From Candidatus Micrarchaeota archaeon (GTDB lineage: Archaea; Micrarchaeota; Micrarchaeia; Anstonellales; Bilamarchaeaceae): 64,000 nt of DNA. A model generated the notes under the pieces. The model saw nothing but the letters and a program-made list of their open reading frames with translations. It did no database searches and was not told the origin of the DNA. The stretch is taken from the NCBI GenBank assembly GCA_038046765.1, contig JBBSVN010000005.1:82490-146489 (forward strand), given 5' to 3'. Below, piece by piece: positions 20,258-30,571 of this stretch (the first letter of the stretch is position 1; every line of letters starts with the position of its first letter). A program made the position numbers and the translations under genes.

Positions 20258-21864
20258 AATCTAGCGATTTTTTTATAAGATGCCTTGAAAACGAAGATGT
20301 CAAATATATATTTGGTCTTCCAGGAGAAGAAGTTGAAGATGTTTTGTTTTCAATAAAAAGCTCCAACATTGAATTTGTATTAACACGCCATGAGCAAGGA
20401 GCTGCTTTTATGGCTGACTTATATGGTCGTCTTACGGGTAAAGCTGGTGTGTGCTTATCTACACTAGGCCCTGGTGCGACTAATCTAATTACAGGGGTAG
20501 CTGATGCGAATTTAGATCATGCGCCATTAGTTGCGATTACCGGACAAGGTAGTGTAAACCGATTGCATAAAGAATCGCACCAGATTATCGACATTGTTGA
20601 AATGTTCAAGCCAGTTACAAAATGGAACACACGAATAACTAGCGGGCAGGTTGTTGGTGAAATAGTTCGTAAGGCTTTTAAAATTGCGCAAATGGAAAAG
20701 CCAGGAGCTACGCATATCGAAATTTCAGAGGACATTGCAGCCTCGCAAATTCCGGACAAAGAACCTATTTCAAAAACCACGCTTAGAAGACCTTATCCAG
20801 ATCATAAGGCATTATCCGATGCGGTTACACTCATAAATCAGTGCTCTAATCCAGTAATTTTAGCTGGTAATGGCGCAATTCGAAAACTTGCTTCAAAACA
20901 ATTATCTATGCTTGTAGAAAAAACAGGCATTCCTGTAATTTCAACTTTCATGGGAAAAGGCGCAGTATCCGACCTAAGTGCTCATTCGCTTTTTGCATTT
21001 GGGTTAGGTACAAAAAAATACGTTGCTGATATTTTTGCTCAAAGCGATTTAGTTATTTGTGTTGGGTATGATGTTGCAGAACTAGATCCCTCTAAGTGGA
21101 ATCCTAAAAAAGATAAAAAGATAATTCACATTGATTTTACGCCTAGCGAAGTTTATGAAAATTATATTCCTAATGCTGAAATTGTCGCAGATATTTCGAA
21201 CACTCTCTGGGCGCTTAATACTCAGATTATTAGAAATTTTGAGTCTGTTGTTGCAAAGAAAATTCGGGCGAATATTTTATCTGATCAGGCCGTTTCTTCA
21301 AAATCCAACTTATTTCCAATAAGTCCGCAGAAACTTATTAGCGACCTGCGTTCTGTCTTAAAGGAAGATGATATTGTTATTTCCGATGTTGGCGCGCATA
21401 AAATGTGGATTGGAGCTAACTATCCAACATATAAGCCCAATACTGTTATTGTCTCAAATGGTTTTGCTTCAATGGGCATCGCACTTCCAGGTGCAATCGG
21501 AGCAAAACTAGCTAAACCTGATAAAACTGTTGTCGCAGTAACAGGAGATGGTGGATTTATCATGAACTGCCAGGAATTAGAAACAGCTAAACGGCTTAAA
21601 ATTCCTTTTGTTTGCGTTGTTTTAAACGATACTAAATATTCGTTAATTGAAGCTAAACAAGTAAGAAATAAGGGAGAAGGATTTGCGATTGATTTTGAAA
21701 ATGTTGATATAAGTTTACTTGCAAAAAGTTTTGGGGTTAAATCGATAAAAATTGATAAAACGAACGAACTAAAAGACGCGCTTAAGCAGGCAATCGATAT
21801 GAATACTGTTTGCTTAGTCGATGTCCCAACTGATGCGAAGGAGAATTTGAAGTTGTTTGAATGA
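20254..21864 (+). CDS. Acetolactate synthase large subunit-like TPP enzyme
   Basis: FGLPGEE, TRHEQGA, GPGATN and GDGG motifs. Confidence 0.9.
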   Translation: MKSSDFFIRCLENEDVKYIFGLPGEEVEDVLFSIKSSNIEFVLTRHEQGAAFMADLYGRLTGKAGVCLSTLGPGATNLITGVADANLDHAPLVAITGQGSVNRLHKESHQIIDIVEMFKPVTKWNTRITSGQVVGEIVRKAFKIAQMEKPGATHIEISEDIAASQIPDKEPISKTTLRRPYPDHKALSDAVTLINQCSNPVILAGNGAIRKLASKQLSMLVEKTGIPVISTFMGKGAVSDLSAHSLFAFGLGTKKYVADIFAQSDLVICVGYDVAELDPSKWNPKKDKKIIHIDFTPSEVYENYIPNAEIVADISNTLWALNTQIIRNFESVVAKKIRANILSDQAVSSKSNLFPISPQKLISDLRSVLKEDDIVISDVGAHKMWIGANYPTYKPNTVIVSNGFASMGIALPGAIGAKLAKPDKTVVAVTGDGGFIMNCQELETAKRLKIPFVCVVLNDTKYSLIEAKQVRNKGEGFAIDFENVDISLLAKSFGVKSIKIDKTNELKDALKQAIDMNTVCLVDVPTDAKENLKLFE

Positions 21865-21877
21865 TTAAAAAATCGAA

Positions 21878-22969
21878 TTAGCGATTAAATATCCTAGATA
21901 AGAAATTAGGAACTTCTTTTATAAGCTCAAATAAAGAAGCCGTTGCAACACCTGCTAAAACAGCCGTAAACCAGTAAACTAACTGCAATTTCCTATTTTT
22001 ATTATCTATTAGTTCTTGATTTTCTGAATTTAATTTAAATACAAAAGATTTTTCGTGATCGGGGTCTTGAGCGTATACATTGTAAAAGTTTAGTCCATTA
22101 TCTGAATAAGAATCAAAACGTAAAATGTTTAAGGGGCGGTTCGGATCCCCTAGTTCTGGCACAAAACAACTAAATCTAGAATTGCAATTGTATTTGTTTG
22201 TTGCTACGATAAAATTAAAGTTGTATAATTCTTTTACAGCATCTAATCTAATAATAAATTTGCCGTTTGGAGTTATACTTGTTCTAGTCTGAATCAAAAG
22301 AGTTTTTCCTTCTAATGCTCGTTTAGGACACATTGTTTCAAATTCGACAGACTTATTTGTGATACACTCATTTATTTTCGTATAAACATTATTTTTGTTT
22401 ACATCACTTTCAATTAAGAATGCATTTTCTACTATGCTGTTGATATCCTTAGAATTAATTTTAATCGTACCAGTTGAGTTAATTAAATCTGTTATTGTTA
22501 TATTTGTAATATTATCTTCAGGGTATGTAGAAAAAGTTAAATTATTTATATAAAATTCATCACTTCCATTCGTTTTAGGGTATATTGAAATGTCATAAAA
22601 AGTATCCTTATAATCATCAGTTAATTTCATCTTTTCAATAGCAGAAAGTTCCCCAAACTGATTTAATATCACAAATAAAGATATAGTAAAAATAATGCAT
22701 AATATTCCAGTCCATAAAATTCCCTTATGTATGCTACCTTTTCCAGAATTATTTGCTTTGCTGTTATTTTGCTGATTTTCATCTGGTTTAAAATAATAAT
22801 TATGAAATCTACCTGTTTTTTCATAATAAATTTTATTATTTAAAACTAACTCATTCAGGGTCTTTTCTATTTTTTCTGGAGATACCTCCAAACTATTTGC
22901 TATCTGATTACGACTAACTAGTGGTTTTTGATTTTTCAACAAATTTAGTATTTTATCTTCTAATTCCAC
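21878..22969 (-). CDS. Hypothetical HTH-containing membrane protein
   Basis: N-terminal wHTH-like segment, two TM helices. Confidence 0.6.
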   Translation of the reverse strand: MELEDKILNLLKNQKPLVSRNQIANSLEVSPEKIEKTLNELVLNNKIYYEKTGRFHNYYFKPDENQQNNSKANNSGKGSIHKGILWTGILCIIFTISLFVILNQFGELSAIEKMKLTDDYKDTFYDISIYPKTNGSDEFYINNLTFSTYPEDNITNITITDLINSTGTIKINSKDINSIVENAFLIESDVNKNNVYTKINECITNKSVEFETMCPKRALEGKTLLIQTRTSITPNGKFIIRLDAVKELYNFNFIVATNKYNCNSRFSCFVPELGDPNRPLNILRFDSYSDNGLNFYNVYAQDPDHEKSFVFKLNSENQELIDNKNRKLQLVYWFTAVLAGVATASLFELIKEVPNFLSRIFNR

Positions 22970-23081
22970 ATTATCCCTTTCTATTTTTCTTACTTTGATA
23001 ATGTCTTATTGAATATAAAAATCTGTCCTTTGCATTGTTGTCAACCCTAACCTTAATTAATCTAATATTCTAGTTTAATCT

Positions 23082-24053
23082 ATGCAACTAAAAAATCCCC
23101 TTCTGCTTTACCGTGGAGAAGAATTTAATGCTAATTTTTACTATCAAACAGGAGTAGATATTGACCATAGTTTTTTCTTACTTGATGGTAAGACAAAAAT
23201 ACTTCTAACTCCTAAGATGAACTATGAATTTGCTAAGAAAACCTTTAAAGGCAAAGTAATTATTTATTCAAACCCCATAAAAGAAATAATAGAACTAATA
23301 AAATCAAAATCACTCTGCTTAGATTTCTCATCCTTATCTGCTTCACTATTTATTAAACTCCAAGAAAATTTCAAACTTGAAAACGTAAGCGAAGAGCTTC
23401 TAAAAGAGCGGATGGTTAAGCGAGCGGATGAAGTAGCTAAAACAAAAAAAGCAGTACATGCCACCAAAGAAATTCTAAATTCAATCGACTTCTCAAAACA
23501 TAAAATCGAACTAGATATTAAAAAATTCTTACTAAAAGAAACGCTTGAGCAAGGTTTTGAACAAGCATTTAACCCGATTGTTGCGACTGATAAAAACAGT
23601 TCTTTTCCTCATTACACTCCAGCGAATGTCAAACTCGGTTCAATTATTCTAATTGATTACGGGGTTAAATACGAAAAATATTGCGCTGACCTAACCAGGT
23701 GTTTTTTCCTTGGTAATGGTAAAAAAACAAAAGAAGCCAAGGCTAATTATGAAAAACTTCAAGAAATTCTTCATGATCTAGTTGATAATCTTTCGAATTT
23801 CAAAGATGGCACAGGTTTAGCTAAGGCAAGTGAATCTTTATTTGAAAAATACAAATTCCCGAAACTAATTCATAGTATCGGTCATGGTGTTGGTTTAGAT
23901 GTTCATGAGTTTCCAAGGCTAAGCGAAAAGTTTAATGATAATTTAACTAATTCCATTCTCGCAATCGAGCCAGCAGTTTATTTTAAGGGTAAGTACGGTC
24001 TTCGCTTCGAAGAAACTATTTATTTTGATGGTAAAAAAGCTAAGATTTTGTAA
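23082..24053 (+). CDS. Xaa-Pro peptidase (M24)
   Basis: PH, ID-G, ADLTR, HSIGHGVGLDVHE, IEP and RFEE motifs. Confidence 0.9.
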   Translation: MQLKNPLLLYRGEEFNANFYYQTGVDIDHSFFLLDGKTKILLTPKMNYEFAKKTFKGKVIIYSNPIKEIIELIKSKSLCLDFSSLSASLFIKLQENFKLENVSEELLKERMVKRADEVAKTKKAVHATKEILNSIDFSKHKIELDIKKFLLKETLEQGFEQAFNPIVATDKNSSFPHYTPANVKLGSIILIDYGVKYEKYCADLTRCFFLGNGKKTKEAKANYEKLQEILHDLVDNLSNFKDGTGLAKASESLFEKYKFPKLIHSIGHGVGLDVHEFPRLSEKFNDNLTNSILAIEPAVYFKGKYGLRFEETIYFDGKKAKIL

Positions 24054-24109
24054 ATATTTTTAAGTCGGTTTTACTTAGATATTTAAAATGAATTTACTTA
24101 GTCTTAGTT

Positions 24110-25954
24110 ATGCCTAATTCTTTACATTCTAACCATTCCAGTTCTTCCACTAAAATTGCTTCAAGAACTTATTTTCAGTCTATTGGATATGTCGAACAAC
24201 GCATTACTATTAGTGATAAGTATGGTACCGAAAGAACTCTTTATGGGTGGGTTCCAAAAGGCATAAGCCAAACTGAAGCTATAAAACGAGTAATCGAACA
24301 AAACGGTGGAATGTGCGAAATAAAACGAGGAGGTTATGATCCAATTAATCGAATCGATCTATCTAACTTTACATACATTACCAAAATTGCCTTTGATGAT
24401 GGTTTTACTGTTGCTGACTGGTTACAAATTAGAAATCAATATAATGAATTTGCTATTGGTCAAATAGGTAATACTACTTTCTGGGAAAATGGAGATACTT
24501 TAAGAGCTCATGGAAATAATCAAATTCGTATTACTGAAGATTATGGATTTACAAAAGAATTGCCAGACACATCTGATTTAATCGGCCGTAAAAAAAGAGG
24601 TACATGTGGTGGCTGTGGTGGACCAATTACAAACGAAGCACTTAGCGCATTAGATCTAGCGAGTAAATATGCTCAAAAAAGGGATACTTATAATTTTGAC
24701 CCAAATACTGGCGCAATAAGGCTCGTTAGAAATTCTCAAACATCGGAAAATGAAACTGGTTTTCGCCATATTCTTAACGATTTTTTTAATCAAGTAAAAA
24801 CTTATTTTAACGATACACCTAGTAGCGTTAATTTATCTGCTAGTTCTTACATGATCCAGTTATCGACCAATTCTCAGTTTACCTATCTTGGCGCTGGCGA
24901 TTTTGATTCTTCATCTGCTTTTGCAATAACTCCCCATGCGTCAACTGTTCATAAAAAATTAGCTTCTACTTATTATGCAACTATTAATGGAAATGACACT
25001 TCATCTACTACCTATAACGGCGAAAATACGCTCGCTTCTAACATAGCATTAACTCAAAATACTACTTATAATGAAAAATCAGTTATCTCACCCGTTTCTG
25101 ATAACTCGTTTATCTTTTCTTCATTTGTTTCTAAATGTTCTTGTTGTACAATTAATTTAACTTTAGATTATTTATCTACAAAAACAAAAATTTCTCAAGG
25201 GTTAAATACCGTTGCGGTTTTAGCATCTATTCGTAAAGAAGTTGTAAATTCACCTAAAAACGCATTATCTCAAATTTCCTTAGTTCCGTTGCCAAGAATA
25301 GATTCATTTATTCTATCTAAACCAAATGACCGAGTCTGTAGAGTAAAACCAGTCCTTGTTATTTCTTCTCAAAAAAGAACTGCAAATGATAATTCAACTA
25401 CTTCAAAATCCGCTTCTAAAGAAATTCCAAAGATAAAAACTAAACAAATAGAAAAACCAACAACAAAACCAAAACAAGTTACAAAGGAAACTGCCGTTCA
25501 AATCGTTAAACCGAAACTAATTTCTGTTGATAAATTAAATAAATCTAAAGTACTTGCAGGTAGGAACAAACAAATACCTAGAAAAGTTCTACCTTCAATA
25601 GCATACTTAAAACCCAATAGTAAACTAGTAAAATCAAATTTAAATTCAAATAAGGTGAAACTTGAAAACGAAAATATTCAAAATATTAAAACAAAAGCTA
25701 AGCCTCGAGCGAGCGCTGTAAAACAAAAAATTCCTTCGATTAATTTACAAGAATCAATTCGTGCTACTAGAAAATCTACGCAAGCTAAAGTTTCAAAAAT
25801 TAATATTGCACCAAAGAAAGAATTAGACACAGATATGTTTGCCCCAGTTTTAGCTAAACAAATTGCATCAATGAACAAATCTTATCTAATCAAATGGATC
25901 GCAAACGAACGAAGTAAAAGAAATAAAACTAGCTCTAGACGGAAAGCTGCTTAA
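24110..25954 (+). CDS. Hypothetical protein with Ser/Thr-rich middle and Lys-rich tail
   Basis: 614-aa ORF. Confidence 0.6.
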   Translation: MPNSLHSNHSSSSTKIASRTYFQSIGYVEQRITISDKYGTERTLYGWVPKGISQTEAIKRVIEQNGGMCEIKRGGYDPINRIDLSNFTYITKIAFDDGFTVADWLQIRNQYNEFAIGQIGNTTFWENGDTLRAHGNNQIRITEDYGFTKELPDTSDLIGRKKRGTCGGCGGPITNEALSALDLASKYAQKRDTYNFDPNTGAIRLVRNSQTSENETGFRHILNDFFNQVKTYFNDTPSSVNLSASSYMIQLSTNSQFTYLGAGDFDSSSAFAITPHASTVHKKLASTYYATINGNDTSSTTYNGENTLASNIALTQNTTYNEKSVISPVSDNSFIFSSFVSKCSCCTINLTLDYLSTKTKISQGLNTVAVLASIRKEVVNSPKNALSQISLVPLPRIDSFILSKPNDRVCRVKPVLVISSQKRTANDNSTTSKSASKEIPKIKTKQIEKPTTKPKQVTKETAVQIVKPKLISVDKLNKSKVLAGRNKQIPRKVLPSIAYLKPNSKLVKSNLNSNKVKLENENIQNIKTKAKPRASAVKQKIPSINLQESIRATRKSTQAKVSKINIAPKKELDTDMFAPVLAKQIASMNKSYLIKWIANERSKRNKTSSRRKAA

Positions 25955-25976
25955 CTAATATACTAAAATAAAAATA

Positions 25977-26131
25977 TGGCGGGCTCAGAGGGAAATTCCG
26001 AGTTTTGTGTTTTCAGTTTAGCGTCTTGAACGAATAACGAACAAAACGTAAAACACATGACACAGAACTCTTTTGAACCCTCGGCGGACGGATTAAGAGT
26101 CCGTTACTCTACCAAGCTGAGCTATGAGCCC
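25977..26131 (-). tRNA. tRNA-Lys(CTT) with 78-nt T-loop 59/60 intron (25994..26071); CCA encoded
   Basis: GGGCTCA/TGAGCCC, ACGGA-CTCTTAA-TCCGT, GAGGG-TTCAAA|T-CCCTC. Confidence 0.92.
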
Positions 26132-26310
26132 TTTCTAATTCATTGCTAATGTATCGACACTTAGTATATTCATTTACAGGACGCAGTCTTCGACTGCGTC
26201 GGTAGTTTATTCTTTATAAAAACTAAGGCTACAATTAGCATGTTATTAGCATATTCTATCTGTAAACAAGTGTTTTTATTTGCTTGTAAATCAAAAGATA
26301 GTGACCGCAG

Positions 26311-26463
26311 TCGCTAGATTTTTATTTCTGCCGAAATAAAAAGATCGCGAACGTTTCTTGAGCTAGGCTCAAGAGACAGAACAGGCTTATGCACTTCTTT
26401 GGATTGCACCGCAAGCTAGAGGTCGCAACCTCTGGATTTCTGCTGTTCGCTAGATTTTTATTT
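26311..26463. repeat. Multi-hairpin element bounded by 17-bp direct repeats
   Basis: tcgctagatttttattt at 26311 and 26447; internal hairpins; homolog at 39514..39575. Confidence 0.7.
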
Positions 26464-26501
26464 GATTGCAAATTAAGAAAAAAAGTTGGAAAGTAAATAA
26501 T

Positions 26502-27188
26502 CTATAAAACGATTCGTTCTATTGCCGCTTGAACTACTGGATCTTCCCTAAGTTGCTTTTCGGTTTTATTTGCTTGTTCCCTCAATTTACTTAATGTTTC
26601 TTTTAGTAAACGTATTTCCTGAGAATCTACTCCTCGATGTTCTGATATTGCTCTATCCATCTGATAGCAGGAATCTCTAATAGGTCTTCTTGGATTTTCA
26701 AAAAGAATATCTAAACCCTTCATAACTTCGTCAAGACGGGCTAAAATCCTTCGAATACATTCATTTGGATCATTAGCTGCTACATCTCTTAGATCAGAAA
26801 CAAAAAACCTAAAGTTCCCATCTATTACATATTTTCCGTTAAATAGTTCAACATCGCCACGAGGATAGATCGAATTTACTTCAAGTAACCACATTCGATC
26901 CGGCTTTTCACGGAAATAAAACTCGGTCGGTGCATAGGGTTCATAAATCGTTGCTGAAAATATCGCTCCATTGGTTCGAGATTCTTTTAGTTCATATCTC
27001 TTCCAAACAAGAGCCTTATTCGATTCACGAATACCGTATGGACAGATCTCATTTTCTCTTGTGATAGAATCTACTTTTGGCAGAGGCAGTTTTATTGCAC
27101 CGCGTCTTTTGAGTGCTTCGCCAAATTTCATTAATTCATTTTCTTTAATAAATATTGTTCCAAAAGTATTTATATTTTTTCTACACAT
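26502..27188 (-). CDS. Hypothetical protein (true start probably ~27131)
   Basis: ORF only. Confidence 0.55.
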   Translation of the reverse strand: MCRKNINTFGTIFIKENELMKFGEALKRRGAIKLPLPKVDSITRENEICPYGIRESNKALVWKRYELKESRTNGAIFSATIYEPYAPTEFYFREKPDRMWLLEVNSIYPRGDVELFNGKYVIDGNFRFFVSDLRDVAANDPNECIRRILARLDEVMKGLDILFENPRRPIRDSCYQMDRAISEHRGVDSQEIRLLKETLSKLREQANKTEKQLREDPVVQAAIERIVL

Positions 27189-27450
27189 AAATAAACCTAT
27201 GAGTTATAATTTATAACTATATAAGTATGTTGTAATTTATATATCTTTGTTTTTCAAAATCTGTTAGAAAATGCTTGCTTTTAATTTATTTTCTTTTATT
27301 ATATCATTAGCAAAATTCGCAGGTAAGTCATAACAACTGATCTGTGGCTACTTGCTATCTACAAGTGCAAAGCACTTGGAGAGACAGTGAACGGTTAACC
27401 TGTTCACTGGAAAGGATAATAGCTACACGCTAATTTAGAGATGATTTTTC

Positions 27451-30114
27451 ATGGATGTTGATAAAAATGAACTTAGACGACAGTTTGCAAAAGACTGGGA
27501 AAAACACTATAAACTTAATTCTTTAATTGAACGAGGATACATTCGAAGAAAATGCGAAAAATGCGCTAGAAACTTTTGGAGTGTTCCGGATAGAAAAACC
27601 TGCGGCGATGCTAGCTGCGAAGGTTATACATTTATTGGAAATACTCCTGTTAAGAAAAAATTAAGCTATATTGATACCTGGAAAACAATCGAGAAATATT
27701 TCACTAAAAATGGTCATGGTTACATTAAACCATACCCAACAGTTGCAAGATGGAGAGACGATCTATACTTTACAATCGCGAGTATAAATGATTTCCAGCC
27801 ATACGTAGTTAATGGAGAACTAGAGCCTCCAGCAAATCCTTTAATCGTTCCACAATCATGTATTCGATTTGGTGACATATCCAATGTCGGAGTAACTGGA
27901 AGACATTATACTAATTTCGTTATGATTGGTCAACATGCATTTAACACACAAAAAACTGGTTTATTCTATTGGAAAGATCAGGCACTTATGCATGATATTA
28001 ATTATCTAAATGAATTAGGAATTCCTGAATCTGAAATTTCATTAATCGAAGATGTTTGGGCAGGAGGCGGAAACTTTGGACCGAGTATGGAATACTTTGT
28101 TCGAGGTTTAGAGTTAGGAAACTGCGTATTTATGCAATATGAAGTAACTCCAACTGGTCCAAGAGAATTAAAAACAAAAGTTATTGATATGGGTGCTGGC
28201 TTAGCAAGGCTAGCCTGGATGACAACTGGGGACGCTACTAGTTATGATGTTGTTTTTGCAGATGTAATAAAAGAAATGAAAAAAGATACTGGAATTAACG
28301 TTGATAAAGATTTATTTTTAAAATATGCAAAACTCTCTGGTGGGTTAAACGAAGATGAAGTTCCTGATTTAAATGCTGAAAAAGAGCGCATTGCAAAACT
28401 TCTAGGAACAACAAAAGATGATTTATTTAAATCCTTAGAACCTTTACAAGCGTTATACGCAAGTGCAGATCATTTACTTACCTGCTTCTTTACTATTAAC
28501 GACGGTATGCTTCCAAGTAACGTTGGTGGAGGATACAATTTAAGAATGATTTTAAGACGAGTTTATGGTTTTGAAGAACAATACGCTTATACTTTAAACT
28601 TAGAAAAAATTCTAAAAGGTCATGCTGATCATTTGCATTACATGTTTCCAAACCTTAGGGATGGAGTTACTTCAACACTTGCAGTATTAGATGAAGAAAA
28701 GAAAAGATATTTTGCAAGCAAGGAAAAAGCACGCGGACTTGTAAATAATATGGTTAAAAAATCAAAAACAATTTCAACAAAAGAATTAATCACACTTTAT
28801 CAAAGCAATGGTATTCCGCCCGAATATGTTTTGGAAGTTGCTAAAGAAAACGATGTAAAAGTTGATATGCCAGGCAATTTCTATAAATTAGTTAAAGGAA
28901 AGGAAGAAGATGTCGCGGAAGTTGTAAAGGAAAAAACCGATGTTGTAAAATATCCTAAAACCGAAGCATTATATTATAGCCATGCTGGCGAGTTTAAGGC
29001 CAAAATACTTGGTGTCGTTTCCGATAAATTTGTAATTTTAGATAAGACTGCATTCTACCCAGAAGGCGGTGGTCAGGTTGGCGATATTGGTACAATGGAA
29101 AGCGAAAAAGTACTTAACGTAACTAAAGAAACAGGAGTTGCATTACACGAAGTAACTGATGCCAAAAAATTCAAAGTAGGCCAAACTGTAAACTGTACTG
29201 TTGATTTAGCTCGAAGAAAAGTTATTACAAGACATCATAGTGCAACGCACTTAGTTACTGCGGCTTGTCGAGAAGTTTTAGGAAAGCATTGCTGGCAAGC
29301 TGGAAGTCACAAGGATGCAGAAAAGGCGCACATTGATATTACGCATTACAAGCGAATCACTAACGAAGAGTTAAATGCGATCGAAGCAAAAGTTACCGAA
29401 TATATATTAGCTAACATGCCGATCGTTATTGAAATTCTTCCACGAACTGCTGCAGAACAAAAATATGGATTTACTTTATACCAAGGAGGCGCAGTTCCAG
29501 GAAAGGAATTACGGATTGTAAAAATGGGCGAAATCGATAACGAAGCGTGCGGAGGAACTCATCATATGCTCAAATCCACTAGCGACCTTGGAATGTTTAA
29601 GATGGTTGGACGAGAAAGCGTAAAAGACGGGGTTGAAAGACTTACGTATAAATGCGGCGATGTTGCGCTTAAATATGTTCAAGATCGTGAAGCGATACTT
29701 AATAGCGCATCAGCAGTTTTCTCTGTTTCACCTAACGAATTACCAAGAACTGCTGAAAGGTTCTTTAAAGAATGGAAAGAACAGCGAAAGAAAATCGAAG
29801 ACCTTGGGGATTTAGTTGTTAAGGAAGAAGCCCATGAAATAATTAAGCATGGCGAAAACAAGGTTGAATTTAGGATTCTTGATCTGGAAATTGACCAGAT
29901 AAAAAAACTTGCGACAAAAGTAAGCGAAAGCGAATCTAGTACTGCTATTTTAATGAGTACGCATGGCAACGTAATGATTGCTTGCGGAAAGAATTCTAAG
30001 TTTAAGGCAAATGAGCTAATGAAAACGCTTTTAGCAAAGCTTGGCGGTTCTGGTGGCGGAAGCGTAATGGTTGCTAGCGGAAAGGTTGCGAAGGTGGAGA
30101 AGGTGGAACTATAA
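27451..30114 (+). CDS. alaS: Alanine--tRNA ligase (archaeal)
   Basis: VARWRDDLYFTIASI, GLELGN, HHSATH, EACGGTH and GGSGGG motifs. Confidence 0.97.
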   Translation: MDVDKNELRRQFAKDWEKHYKLNSLIERGYIRRKCEKCARNFWSVPDRKTCGDASCEGYTFIGNTPVKKKLSYIDTWKTIEKYFTKNGHGYIKPYPTVARWRDDLYFTIASINDFQPYVVNGELEPPANPLIVPQSCIRFGDISNVGVTGRHYTNFVMIGQHAFNTQKTGLFYWKDQALMHDINYLNELGIPESEISLIEDVWAGGGNFGPSMEYFVRGLELGNCVFMQYEVTPTGPRELKTKVIDMGAGLARLAWMTTGDATSYDVVFADVIKEMKKDTGINVDKDLFLKYAKLSGGLNEDEVPDLNAEKERIAKLLGTTKDDLFKSLEPLQALYASADHLLTCFFTINDGMLPSNVGGGYNLRMILRRVYGFEEQYAYTLNLEKILKGHADHLHYMFPNLRDGVTSTLAVLDEEKKRYFASKEKARGLVNNMVKKSKTISTKELITLYQSNGIPPEYVLEVAKENDVKVDMPGNFYKLVKGKEEDVAEVVKEKTDVVKYPKTEALYYSHAGEFKAKILGVVSDKFVILDKTAFYPEGGGQVGDIGTMESEKVLNVTKETGVALHEVTDAKKFKVGQTVNCTVDLARRKVITRHHSATHLVTAACREVLGKHCWQAGSHKDAEKAHIDITHYKRITNEELNAIEAKVTEYILANMPIVIEILPRTAAEQKYGFTLYQGGAVPGKELRIVKMGEIDNEACGGTHHMLKSTSDLGMFKMVGRESVKDGVERLTYKCGDVALKYVQDREAILNSASAVFSVSPNELPRTAERFFKEWKEQRKKIEDLGDLVVKEEAHEIIKHGENKVEFRILDLEIDQIKKLATKVSESESSTAILMSTHGNVMIACGKNSKFKANELMKTLLAKLGGSGGGSVMVASGKVAKVEKVEL

Positions 30115-30488
30115 ATACCTTAACTAACAAGCAATCAGCAACCGACTTTTTACAGTTCATAGTTTCAGGTAAAATCGATGAAGCTTATTCAAAATATGTA
30201 AATATGTCCGGGAAGCACCACAATTTATATTTCCCCGCAGGTTTTGAGTCTTTAAAAAAAGCAATGAAAGAAAATCACGAAAAATTCCCGAATAAAAAAA
30301 TTCTGATCAAGAATGTTCTAGCAGACGGAGATTTAGTCACAGTACAGTCACACCTTATTCTAAAAAAAGGAGAAAAGGAAATGAGCGTAGTCCATATATT
30401 TCGCTTTGAAAACAACAAGATTATTGAAATGTGGGATTGCGGACAAGCTATTACAGTTGACTCTCCTAATGCAGACGGAGCATTTTAA
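30111..30488 (+). CDS. SnoaL/NTF2-like protein (N-terminus lacks an ATG)
   Basis: ADGDLVTVQSH and VHIFRFENNKIIEMWD. In-frame upstream extension NKQSATDFLQFIVSGKIDEAY. Confidence 0.7.
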   Translation: MNTLTNKQSATDFLQFIVSGKIDEAYSKYVNMSGKHHNLYFPAGFESLKKAMKENHEKFPNKKILIKNVLADGDLVTVQSHLILKKGEKEMSVVHIFRFENNKIIEMWDCGQAITVDSPNADGAF

Positions 30489-30571
30489 CCATGTTCCGCT
30501 ATAAATACATGGAATGCTAAAAACGATAACTTTAAAAGACGGTTCAATACTATTACTAATTGTGATGATTT

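Noticed and set aside
26374..26390. gacagaacaggcttat resembles the 3' P4 strand of RNase P RNA
   Set aside because: No matching GAGGAAAGTCC-type 5' strand nearby; the region is better explained as a repeat-bounded hairpin element.
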